Shown here piece after piece: positions 44,170 through 51,442 of a DNA stretch of 51,442 bases. The DNA is from Thermodesulfobacteriota bacterium (GTDB lineage: Bacteria; Desulfobacterota; Binatia; HRBIN30; CADEER01). The DNA is taken from assembly GCA_041743795.1 (NCBI GenBank), contig JBGTMF010000265.1, positions 1 through 51,442 on the forward strand, read 5' to 3'. The position numbers and the translations under genes were made by a program. How positions within the stretch are numbered: the first letter of the stretch is position 1; each line of letters opens with the position of its first letter. The notes beneath the pieces are model-generated. The model was not told the DNA's origin. It saw only the letters and a program-made list of their open reading frames with translations, and made no database searches.

Positions 44170-44577
44170 TTACTTATCCACTTCGTCGCTGTGTTTCAGC
44201 GATACCGAGTTCATGCAGTACCGCTGCCCCGTCGGAGCCGGGCCATCGGGAAAGACGTGTCCGAGATGCGCATCGCATGCGGCACAGAGTACTTCGACAC
44301 GGTGCGCACCGTGACTGCGGTCGTCTTCGGTGCGCACGGCGTCGCTCGCCAAGGGTGCGGTAAAGCTCGGCCAACCGGTACCCGAATCGAACTTCGCCTC
44401 GGAAGAGAACAAGGGGCTGCCACAGCAGGTGCAGTGGTAGACACCGGGTTTCTTGAAGTCGTTGTACTTGCCGGTGAAGGCGCGCTCGGTCCCCTTCTGG
44501 CGACAGACCTCGTACTCCTCGGGGGAGAGCACTTGCCGCCACTCGCCATCACTCTTCTCGATCTTGTCGTTCGGCAT
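44170..44577 (-). CDS. msrB: Peptide-methionine (R)-S-oxide reductase
   Basis: [30 protein letters not shown] and RYCMNS motifs. Confidence 0.94.
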   Translation of the reverse strand: MPNDKIEKSDGEWRQVLSPEEYEVCRQKGTERAFTGKYNDFKKPGVYHCTCCGSPLFSSEAKFDSGTGWPSFTAPLASDAVRTEDDRSHGAHRVEVLCAACDAHLGHVFPDGPAPTGQRYCMNSVSLKHSDEVDK

Positions 44578-44579
44578 CC

Positions 44580-45377
44580 TCAGCCCTCCTGCATCGTCAT
44601 GGATTCAGCGACCGACTCCTCGACCGGAAACCGAGGGGTCGAGCGCAACCGGCGCCATAGTTGTTTGACGTCTCGCGGCAAGGCCGCCGCATAAATGATG
44701 AACCCCGGCAGCGTCGCAAAGGTTCGCTCAGCGGCGACGTATACCGGATCCCGCCGCAAGGCGCCCTGTTCACGCACCGGCGGCGCTTCGCCGGTACCGG
44801 CGCGGTAGGATCGGACGAAGGCCAACAAACGACCGTGGTAGTCGGGATCCTCGACGATCGCGCCGATCGTCTCCCGGCGTGGATGGCGCCCGCAAACCAT
44901 CGCCTCGACCTGCGCCTCGAGCTCGTCGAGACCATCGTCGAACATTTCAAGAATCTGAAGGTCGTAGATAGGGTTCAGGTGCACCACCTGCATGACGTGG
45001 CCGATGATCGTGTCGCGGTCCGAGTAGAACCCCGTCGGGTCGATCATCGAGACCGGATCGTCGAGAACGCGGAGAAGCTGGTGAAAACCGAAATGAATTC
45101 CTTTCGACTCATAGTACTCGCGCGAAGCCGGTTCGATGACGAAGCGCAGCATATCGAGCCCGCCGAAGAAGAGCTGCCAGCGATTCGGCCGCACCGCGAT
45201 CCGCCCAGCCTGCGTCAGGCGATCGAGACGCCGGTTCAGCTCGCGGGGATCGGCATAGATGATCGCCGTACGCCCGATGCGCGCCAGTTTTCCGGCAATC
45301 TGCACCGGGCCGCCGAGAGCGGCGCGAACCAACTGCAACGGACTCGCGCGAAGTCGAAGCGGAACCCCTGCCTCCAT
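44580..45377 (-). CDS. Conserved-looking hypothetical protein (265 aa)
   Basis: Good GC3 coding signal and non-repetitive composition. 2-nt spacing to msrB. No family recognised. The opposing 283-aa + ORF has typical antisense composition. Confidence 0.6.
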   Translation of the reverse strand: MEAGVPLRLRASPLQLVRAALGGPVQIAGKLARIGRTAIIYADPRELNRRLDRLTQAGRIAVRPNRWQLFFGGLDMLRFVIEPASREYYESKGIHFGFHQLLRVLDDPVSMIDPTGFYSDRDTIIGHVMQVVHLNPIYDLQILEMFDDGLDELEAQVEAMVCGRHPRRETIGAIVEDPDYHGRLLAFVRSYRAGTGEAPPVREQGALRRDPVYVAAERTFATLPGFIIYAAALPRDVKQLWRRLRSTPRFPVEESVAESMTMQEG

Positions 45378-45478
45378 GTGCCCGGCAGGCTAGCAGCCAA
45401 ACCCCCCCGCGCGGAAGCCCCGTGCCGACGGTGGTGCGGCACCCGGGCGATCGGTGTAGTCTCGCAGTCGTGGATCCG

Positions 45479-45925
45479 ATGCCGCGAGATGCGATCACCC
45501 CCGGCAGTGTGATCGTCTTTTACGACGGGGTGTGCGGCTTCTGTAATCGAACCGTTCGCTTCATCGCCCAGCGGGACAGGCGGGATCGGTTTCGCTTTGC
45601 TCCCCTGCAAAGCCCGTTCGCCCAGGAGCTGCTACTCCTCGGGCACGACGCCAATCCCGGCGATCTGGACACGATGTACGTGCTGGTCGACTACGGACTG
45701 CCGTCCGAGCGGGTCTACTCCCGGGCGCAGGGGGTCCTGCGGGTCTTCCTCGAACTGGGAGGACTGTGGAACTTGTTCAGGATTCTAACCGTCCTACCGG
45801 ATGCGGTTCTCGATTGGGCTTACGCGCTCCTGGCCAAGCACCGCTACCGGATCTTCGGCCGACACGACCAATGTCCGATTCCACCGCCGGAAACGCGGTG
45901 TAAATTCGTCGACACGGATGCGTAG
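45479..45925 (+). CDS. DCC-family thiol-disulfide oxidoreductase (DUF393)
   Basis: VIVFYDGVCGFCNRTVRFIAQRD matches the DxxCxxC signature. Start taken at MPRDAI. Confidence 0.8.
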   Translation: MPRDAITPGSVIVFYDGVCGFCNRTVRFIAQRDRRDRFRFAPLQSPFAQELLLLGHDANPGDLDTMYVLVDYGLPSERVYSRAQGVLRVFLELGGLWNLFRILTVLPDAVLDWAYALLAKHRYRIFGRHDQCPIPPPETRCKFVDTDA

Positions 45926-46039
45926 GGGATTCGACTGCGCTGGACGCGGCATGGAACTGAAGAAGTCTACTGAAGATTTCACCCCCGCTGCCAGAGACAC
46001 TGAGAGGTGAGCGACAAGGTCGTGATTCTGCCACGCCGC

Positions 46040-47965
46040 CTATCTCGCCTGCCTGTTGGTCGCTCGCGTCTTGTTTCGCGCCCGCGGTTGAACCTCGAGC
46101 GAGAGCGTCACCACGTCGTCCGCGGTCGAAACCGCCACATCCGCCATCTCCAGGTGGCGATAGGAAGGGCTCTTGATCGTCAAGCGGTACTGGTTGACGG
46201 GCAGGCCCGCGAGCCAGGCGTAGCCGTCGGCGTTGGTGAAGTTGCGCAAGGAAACGAGCGGCGCGCGGGCCCGCGCCCGCACGTGGGCGTTGGCGACCGG
46301 GGCCCCGCTGGCCGCGTCGACGACGCGGACGACGATGCGGCCGCCGACCGGAACCCCGGGCGGTGCATCACTGTAGGTGCCGGTGATCGGGAACCATACG
46401 CCGCTGGTCAGGGAGATTGACGGAACCTTCGGCTTCGCGTCCCAGAACATTTCTCCCATGCGCAGCCCCGGTCGAATTTTCGCTTCGTCTGGAATCCTCG
46501 GTCCGAGAACAACCCAGCCGTCGGCGTCCGCGCTGACGACTTGCGCCGTACTCCCCTTGCCGTACTCGAGCTGCGCACCGGCGGCGGGCAATCCAAACGG
46601 GTCGGCCACCCTGATGACGATCTCGGCGCCGTCCAGCGGCCGCAACAGCTGCCCCAGGTGATCGTCAGCGCGTTGGCGCATCGCCCGTACCCGTTCGCGT
46701 TGATCCGCCGCCAGGTCGGTCGACTCGAAGGGGTCTTCGCGGATCTGGTATAGCTCTTCCCGTCCGTTGGCTCGGCGAACATAGCGCCACGGCAAGTCGA
46801 GCACGGTGTCGCCGCCACTGTGCGTGATGATCGCACTTCGACTCATCGGCGGTCCGCCCTCGAGTCGCCTGCGCAGGTCGGCCCCGACGCTGTCGAAGGG
46901 CAGACGCGCGCCGGCAACATAGCCGAAGATCGTCGCGACGATGTCGCTGGTCAGAATCAAGTCGTCGTGCTGGGCCGGCGTCATTCCCTGCAGCCCGGAA
47001 AAGATAACCGGCGTGCGAATGCCGAGATCGGATAGCGTGCCCGCGGCGGGACCCTTGCCGCCCAGGCTCGGCAAGTCGGCGCCCAGTCCATTGTCGGAGA
47101 CGTAAATGATCAGCGTGTCGTCGCGCAGTCCGCGCCCGTCCAATTCGCCGAGTAATTCACCGAGAAACTCATCGAACCATCGAATGTTGGACAAGTGGTT
47201 TACTTCGGGTTCGGCCAAGCCGATCTCTTCAAACGGCGCCCGGTATTCCTGCGGCGCGTCGTACGGAGGGTGTGGCAGCATCGGCGCCACCCAGGCAAAG
47301 AACGGACGGTCCCCCGCTTCGTCGAGGAACATGCGCCAGGGTTCCAACGCCGGGCAGGGAACCTTCGCGTCGCCGGTCGAGCCGCAGTACTTCGCAGTCC
47401 AGCCGCGGCGGCCAAACGAGCGGCCGAACTCGCCGCCGGACATTCCATGGGTGAAACCGGCCGCTACGAAGTTCCCCTCCCACAGCCTGCCGCCCTGCCA
47501 CGAAAGGTAACCGTGTCTCCGCAACTCCCGCGGCACGGTGCGAAAGTAGCGCGACGGACTGCCGCGGCCGAAGCGACCAAGCGGCCGCACCTCTTTCACC
47601 CGATCGCGGCGATCCTCCCACTGCACGGGATGCAGTCCGGAGGCCGAAAGCAACGTCTGCAACGAAGGCACGTCGAGCGCCGAAGTCGAATAGCCGTGGG
47701 TGAAGACGACACCGGCCGCTGCGAGTTCGTCGAGGTGTGGCGTCGGTGCAAGCGAACGCGCCGCGACCGGCCCATCCTTCGTCTGCAGGGATAGGGCACC
47801 GTCCATGAAGCCGTAGAACGGCCAGCCGTGATCGTCGCCGATCACCAAGACGATGTTGGGGCGCGCCGGCGGCGCGCCGGGTTCACTCGCTGACGCGACG
47901 GCGAGGAGAGAGATCGAGGCGAGGACACACGACAACCACGGCAACAAGAGCTTCAGCAATAGCAT
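46040..47965 (-). CDS. Sulfatase-fold (alkaline phosphatase superfamily) exported protein lacking the FGly motif, with C-terminal CarboxypepD_reg-like domain
   Basis: Signal peptide MLLLKLLLPWLSCVLASISLLAVASA. PNIVLVIGDDHGW and TPHLDELAAAGVVFTHGY are sulfatase-like, but the C/S-x-P-x-R position reads DVPSL. The C-terminus has GGRIVVRVVDAASGAPVANAHV...NADGYAWLAGLPVNQYRL. Confidence 0.8.
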   Translation of the reverse strand: MLLLKLLLPWLSCVLASISLLAVASASEPGAPPARPNIVLVIGDDHGWPFYGFMDGALSLQTKDGPVAARSLAPTPHLDELAAAGVVFTHGYSTSALDVPSLQTLLSASGLHPVQWEDRRDRVKEVRPLGRFGRGSPSRYFRTVPRELRRHGYLSWQGGRLWEGNFVAAGFTHGMSGGEFGRSFGRRGWTAKYCGSTGDAKVPCPALEPWRMFLDEAGDRPFFAWVAPMLPHPPYDAPQEYRAPFEEIGLAEPEVNHLSNIRWFDEFLGELLGELDGRGLRDDTLIIYVSDNGLGADLPSLGGKGPAAGTLSDLGIRTPVIFSGLQGMTPAQHDDLILTSDIVATIFGYVAGARLPFDSVGADLRRRLEGGPPMSRSAIITHSGGDTVLDLPWRYVRRANGREELYQIREDPFESTDLAADQRERVRAMRQRADDHLGQLLRPLDGAEIVIRVADPFGLPAAGAQLEYGKGSTAQVVSADADGWVVLGPRIPDEAKIRPGLRMGEMFWDAKPKVPSISLTSGVWFPITGTYSDAPPGVPVGGRIVVRVVDAASGAPVANAHVRARARAPLVSLRNFTNADGYAWLAGLPVNQYRLTIKSPSYRHLEMADVAVSTADDVVTLSLEVQPRARNKTRATNRQAR

Positions 47966-47999
47966 CGAACGACTCCGGGGAAACGCGACCAACGGATTC

Positions 48000-48788
48000 T
48001 CACGTCAGTCCGAACTCTTTGAAGACCGGTACCAGGTTTGGTCCCTTGCGCAGAGAATGTCCGCCGTCGACGGCGACGATCTGGCCGGTGAGCCAGCTCG
48101 CCTCGTCGGAGAGCAGGAAGGCGACGAGGGCGCTGACATCGGTCGGCCGGCCGATGCGCGAGATCGGCATCAGGCCGAGATACTCGAGGCGCGACGCCTC
48201 GGTCTCGTGCAGGATATTGGCCATCGGCGTCTCCGTCACACCCGGCTCGACGGCGTTGACGCGAATACCGTACTCGCCGAGCTCATCGGCGGCGCATTTC
48301 GTCAACATGTTGAGCCCGGCCTTGGCAACGCAGTACGGGCTCATCCACGGGTGGGTCAGCGATCCGGCGATCGATCCGATGTTGACGATGCTGCCGCCGC
48401 CGCGCGATTGCATGACACGCGCCTCGGCTTGCGTGGCGCGAAAGACGCCGGTCAGCGTAGTGTCGATGCAGCTCTGAAAATCGGCGGTCGTCGTTTTGAG
48501 AAACGAGCCGGCGGCGCCGACGCCGGCGGAATTTACCGCGACGTCGAGGCCGCCGAAGCGGTCGACCGCGGCTTCTACCGCATTCTGCACGGAAGCGTCA
48601 TCGGTCACATCACAAACCACCCAGGCGGCGTCGTCACCCAGCTTCGCAGCGGCTTCCACCAAAGTATTCTCGCGCCGCGCGCAAATCATCACCTGACCAC
48701 CGCCGTCGACGATCTCCTTGGCGCAGGCGAATCCGATCCCCGTGGCGCCGGCCGTGACGAAGCCCACTTTTCCCGCGAATCGCGACAT
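48000..48788 (-). CDS. Short-chain dehydrogenase/reductase
   Basis: TAGATGIGFA (TGxxxGxG), NSAG and SPYCVAKAG (YxxxK). Confidence 0.9.
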   Translation of the reverse strand: MSRFAGKVGFVTAGATGIGFACAKEIVDGGGQVMICARRENTLVEAAAKLGDDAAWVVCDVTDDASVQNAVEAAVDRFGGLDVAVNSAGVGAAGSFLKTTTADFQSCIDTTLTGVFRATQAEARVMQSRGGGSIVNIGSIAGSLTHPWMSPYCVAKAGLNMLTKCAADELGEYGIRVNAVEPGVTETPMANILHETEASRLEYLGLMPISRIGRPTDVSALVAFLLSDEASWLTGQIVAVDGGHSLRKGPNLVPVFKEFGLT

Positions 48789-48874
48789 CTCTCAAAGTCT
48801 CCTCTCAACGCCGCAGGTCATCGGCGATCCGATCAGGCGTACGATCGGCGAGCCACACGCGCAGGTCGGGTGAA

Positions 48875-50497
48875 CTATCTGGGTTTCCTTCGCGCCCTGG
48901 TCTTCTTCTTGGCCGATTTTTTCACCGCCTTCGCAGGCGCTTTTCGCGACCGCGATGGCTTTTCGACCGGGCGGTCGAGCGGCGTCTGCCTGCCACCTTC
49001 GCCATGCGGTTTGCCCAGTCCTTGCATCACATCGTCGATCTGGCGGGCCACCTGCGGCGGCAGCCGGACGTTGATAAGCGGCTTCGCCGCCGGTCGTAGG
49101 CTCGACGCTTTGCGCAGCGCCTTGAAGGCGTCGCCGACCTCGCGGACGAAATCGGCGACATCGGGAACCATATCCGGATCGCAGTTGAAGCCCCAGAAGA
49201 CCTTTCCCTGATAACTGACGAGGGCGATGCCAAGCCCGGTGTTGGCAAGGAGGGGCACCTGCGGGTACATCTCGAGCAACTCCGCGCCGACTGAGTAGAG
49301 GGGCATCTGCGGTCCAGGCACGTTGGTGACGATCATGTTGATCGGGCCCGACGACGCCCGCGCTCCGAGGGACATCAACTGTGCCGGCGCCCACTCGGCG
49401 GCGGCCATCAACATCTCGACCCCAAGCGCCTGCTGCGACCGCTTGAGTTCCTCCGTGCGCCGGTTGAGCTCGCGCAACTGGGCGATCGGATCGGCGCGGT
49501 CGATCGGCAGCGGTACGATCCAACTCGAGACCTTGTTGCCCAGCGTTCCGCGCTCGTCGTCGCGCCGCACGCTGACCGGCGCCGAGACGCGAAAGTCCAA
49601 ACCGCCGGGCTCGACGCGGCGACGGATCATGTAGCGGCGCACCGCCCCAGTGACCGTCGCAAGGATTACGTCGTTTACCGTACAGCCGAGCGCGCGGCGC
49701 ACCGCTTTCACCTCTTCGAGATCCATCACCAGCCAGTCGAGGTAGCGATGTGGTCCGAGCGGTCCATTCAGCGGCGTCGCCGAGGCGAACCGAATCGCGT
49801 AGCCAGCCAGATCGCGCAACGCCTGCAGGCGCACCATCGCGTCGTCGCGGATCGAACCAGCCTCGTCGGCCAGCGAGCGCAAGCCGCGCAGGATCTGCCA
49901 GGGCAGGGTGATTCGCCGCGCCAGGTGATCGGCGAGCAACTCCGTCGCCGTCGGCGCCGGGCGGGGAATATACGGCCGCGGTTCCGGCAGGGTCGTCTCG
50001 CGCGTCGTCGACATCATGATCTGCGCCAGGTCGACGCCTGAGCTGCCGTCGATCATACAGTGGTGAATCTTGGTGATGACGGCGAAGCGATCGGCCTCCA
50101 ATCCCTCGACGACCCAGAACTCCCACAGCGGTTTGGCGCGGTCCAACTGCTGCGCCATGATTCGGCCGGCGAGTTTCTTCAATTGTTCGCGCGAACCCGG
50201 CCGCGGCAAGCTGGTGTGGCGCACGTGGTAGTCGAGATCGAAGTTGGCGTCGTCGACCCAAACGGGATGGTTGGCCAGCGGGATCCACTGCAAGACCTGG
50301 CGATACCGGGGGATGAGGTGCAGTACCGACTCGATCGACCTTCGCATCTTGTCGAAGTCGATCCCGCCCTCCGCCGTTCGCAGCGGCCCGGCGTCGTAGA
50401 TCTGCGTCGCCGCGACGTGCATATGCACGTTCGGCTGTTCCAATAGGAGAAACGAGTTGTCCTGCGCCGATAGACGCTCGTATGCGTAACGCGGCAT
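48875..50497 (-). CDS. Wax ester synthase/diacylglycerol acyltransferase (WS/DGAT) with basic C-terminal tail
   Basis: Active-site HHCMIDGSSG (HHxxxDG), N-terminal LSAQDNSFL and WS/DGAT C-terminal domain. The last ~30 aa are KPSRSRKAPAKAVKKSAKKKTRARRKPR. Confidence 0.9.
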   Translation of the reverse strand: MPRYAYERLSAQDNSFLLLEQPNVHMHVAATQIYDAGPLRTAEGGIDFDKMRRSIESVLHLIPRYRQVLQWIPLANHPVWVDDANFDLDYHVRHTSLPRPGSREQLKKLAGRIMAQQLDRAKPLWEFWVVEGLEADRFAVITKIHHCMIDGSSGVDLAQIMMSTTRETTLPEPRPYIPRPAPTATELLADHLARRITLPWQILRGLRSLADEAGSIRDDAMVRLQALRDLAGYAIRFASATPLNGPLGPHRYLDWLVMDLEEVKAVRRALGCTVNDVILATVTGAVRRYMIRRRVEPGGLDFRVSAPVSVRRDDERGTLGNKVSSWIVPLPIDRADPIAQLRELNRRTEELKRSQQALGVEMLMAAAEWAPAQLMSLGARASSGPINMIVTNVPGPQMPLYSVGAELLEMYPQVPLLANTGLGIALVSYQGKVFWGFNCDPDMVPDVADFVREVGDAFKALRKASSLRPAAKPLINVRLPPQVARQIDDVMQGLGKPHGEGGRQTPLDRPVEKPSRSRKAPAKAVKKSAKKKTRARRKPR

Positions 50498-50765
50498 GAA
50501 GTGTCTCCTGTTGCCGACCGGAACCCGAGCGCTAACAGCAGCGCGGGCGATGCGGGAACACCGGTGGCCGACACCTATGCCATGACTGAACGCCGCGTGA
50601 AAGACGGGCCGGGCGCGATCCGTGATGAACCGCGATTCAGGAAACTGAGTTGAAGGTCCGGCGCCGTTGCGACGATCGGCTGGGTGGTCTAACGCTACGT
50701 GTTATCCCCATCTTGGCTGCCCCGAGTCGGCGGCCCCGGAACACGCCAGCCAAAGGACGACACCC

Positions 50766-51442
50766 ATGCACACGGAACTCTGCGACAAGCTCGGTATCGA
50801 ACTGCCCATCTTCGCCTTCACTCACTGCCGCGATGTCGTCGCCGCGGTGAGCCAGGCGGGCGGGTTTGGCGTCCTCGGCGCCGTCGGCTTCACACCGGAG
50901 CAGCTCGAGGTCGAGTGCAAGTGGATCGACGAACACGTCGGCGACCGGCCCTACGGCGTCGACATCGTCATCCCCGGAAAATACGAGGGGATGGACGAGT
51001 TGGACCCGGCCAAGCTGGAGGAACAGCTCAAGGCGTTGGTGCCGCAGAAGCACCGCGACTTCGCCGCCAAACTGCTTGCCGACCACGGCGTGCCGCCGAT
51101 GCCCGCGGACGAGAAGCATCACGAGCTGCTCGGCTGGACGGCGGCCACCGCATCGCCCCAGGTCGACGTCGCCCTCCAACACGACAAGGTGCGGCTGATC
51201 GCCAACGCGCTCGGCACGCCTCCCGACGACGTCATCGAGAAGATCCACAAGGCCGGCCGGCTGGTCTCAGCCTTGTGCGGCCGCCCGGAACAGGCGCTCA
51301 AACACAAAGCGGCCGGCATCGACATCGTCATCGCGCAGGGCTACGAGGGCGGCGGCCACACCGGCGAGATCGGCAGCGTCGTCTTGTGGCCGCAGGTGAT
51401 CAAGGCGGTGGCGCCGACGCCGGTGCTCGCCGCCGGCGGGAT
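50766..51442 (+). CDS. Nitronate monooxygenase / NAD(P)H-dependent flavin oxidoreductase family (partial, runs off right edge)
   Basis: Not in the ORF track because it has no stop. My translation from ATG 50766 gives MHTELCDKLGIELPIFAFTHCRDVVAAVSQAGGFGVLGAVG...VIAQGYEGGGHTGEIGSVVLWPQV, which is typical of NMO/FabK-like TIM barrels. Confidence 0.85.
   Translation, partial: MHTELCDKLGIELPIFAFTHCRDVVAAVSQAGGFGVLGAVGFTPEQLEVECKWIDEHVGDRPYGVDIVIPGKYEGMDELDPAKLEEQLKALVPQKHRDFAAKLLADHGVPPMPADEKHHELLGWTAATASPQVDVALQHDKVRLIANALGTPPDDVIEKIHKAGRLVSALCGRPEQALKHKAAGIDIVIAQGYEGGGHTGEIGSVVLWPQVIKAVAPTPVLAAGG

Noticed and set aside
47853-50288. 452-aa + ORF (47853-49211) and 498-aa minus ORF (48792-50288)
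   Set aside because: They are antisense or out of frame to the SDR and WS/DGAT genes, which show the TGxxxGxG/YxxxK and HHxxxDG motifs. Both shadow ORFs are extremely Arg/Gly/Pro-rich.

Overview
High-GC, gene-dense chromosomal segment with about 45 supported CDS. I recognised no rRNA, tRNA, CRISPR array, transposase, integrase or phage genes. It looks like an uncultivated diderm bacterium, given System I cytochrome c maturation, an Mla/MCE lipid transporter and lipobox lipoproteins.

The content falls into three themes.

(1) Lipid, glycerolipid and acyl-CoA metabolism: a STAS-MlaE/MlaF/MlaD/PqiC-like operon, pgpA, a ChsH2/ChsH1/Ltp2-like hydratase-aldolase triad, glpD, gpsA, an acyl-CoA thioesterase, a GT2, WS/DGAT, an SDR and a nitronate-monooxygenase-like gene.

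(2) Four very large exported mosaic proteins:
- a ~1430-1470-aa protein with DUF11, PT-repeat, Cys-repeat, beta-helix and PD40 propeller modules;
- a 719-aa lipoprotein made of two tandem beta-helix modules;
- a 717-aa BNR-type multi-blade propeller ending in a dockerin-like double EF-hand;
- a 1338-aa protein with a duplicated Cys module, a CarboxypepD_reg domain and a PHP domain.

(3) Envelope-biogenesis oddities:
- a yacG-ccmE-ccmF-ccmH-ccmI-like operon whose CcmE has the CxxxY rather than HxxxY haem motif;
- a short-form exosortase with an overlapping membrane partner and no visible substrate;
- a tightly coupled HEAT-repeat / small exported protein / tail-anchored LRAT-PLAAT-like (NCEHF) unit downstream of the PHP giant.

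Other notable points are two hairpin-forming MITE-like repeats that start on stop codons, a near-perfect 30-bp coding tandem repeat, and a sulfatase-fold protein lacking the C/S-x-P-x-R formylglycine motif.

No single classical defence or mobile island is evident. The candidates I consider most likely to be undescribed biology are the HEAT/small/LRAT unit, the orphan short exosortase pair and the giant exported PHP protein. Most other long ORFs in the supplied track are antisense or out of frame to these genes and are treated as high-GC artefacts.
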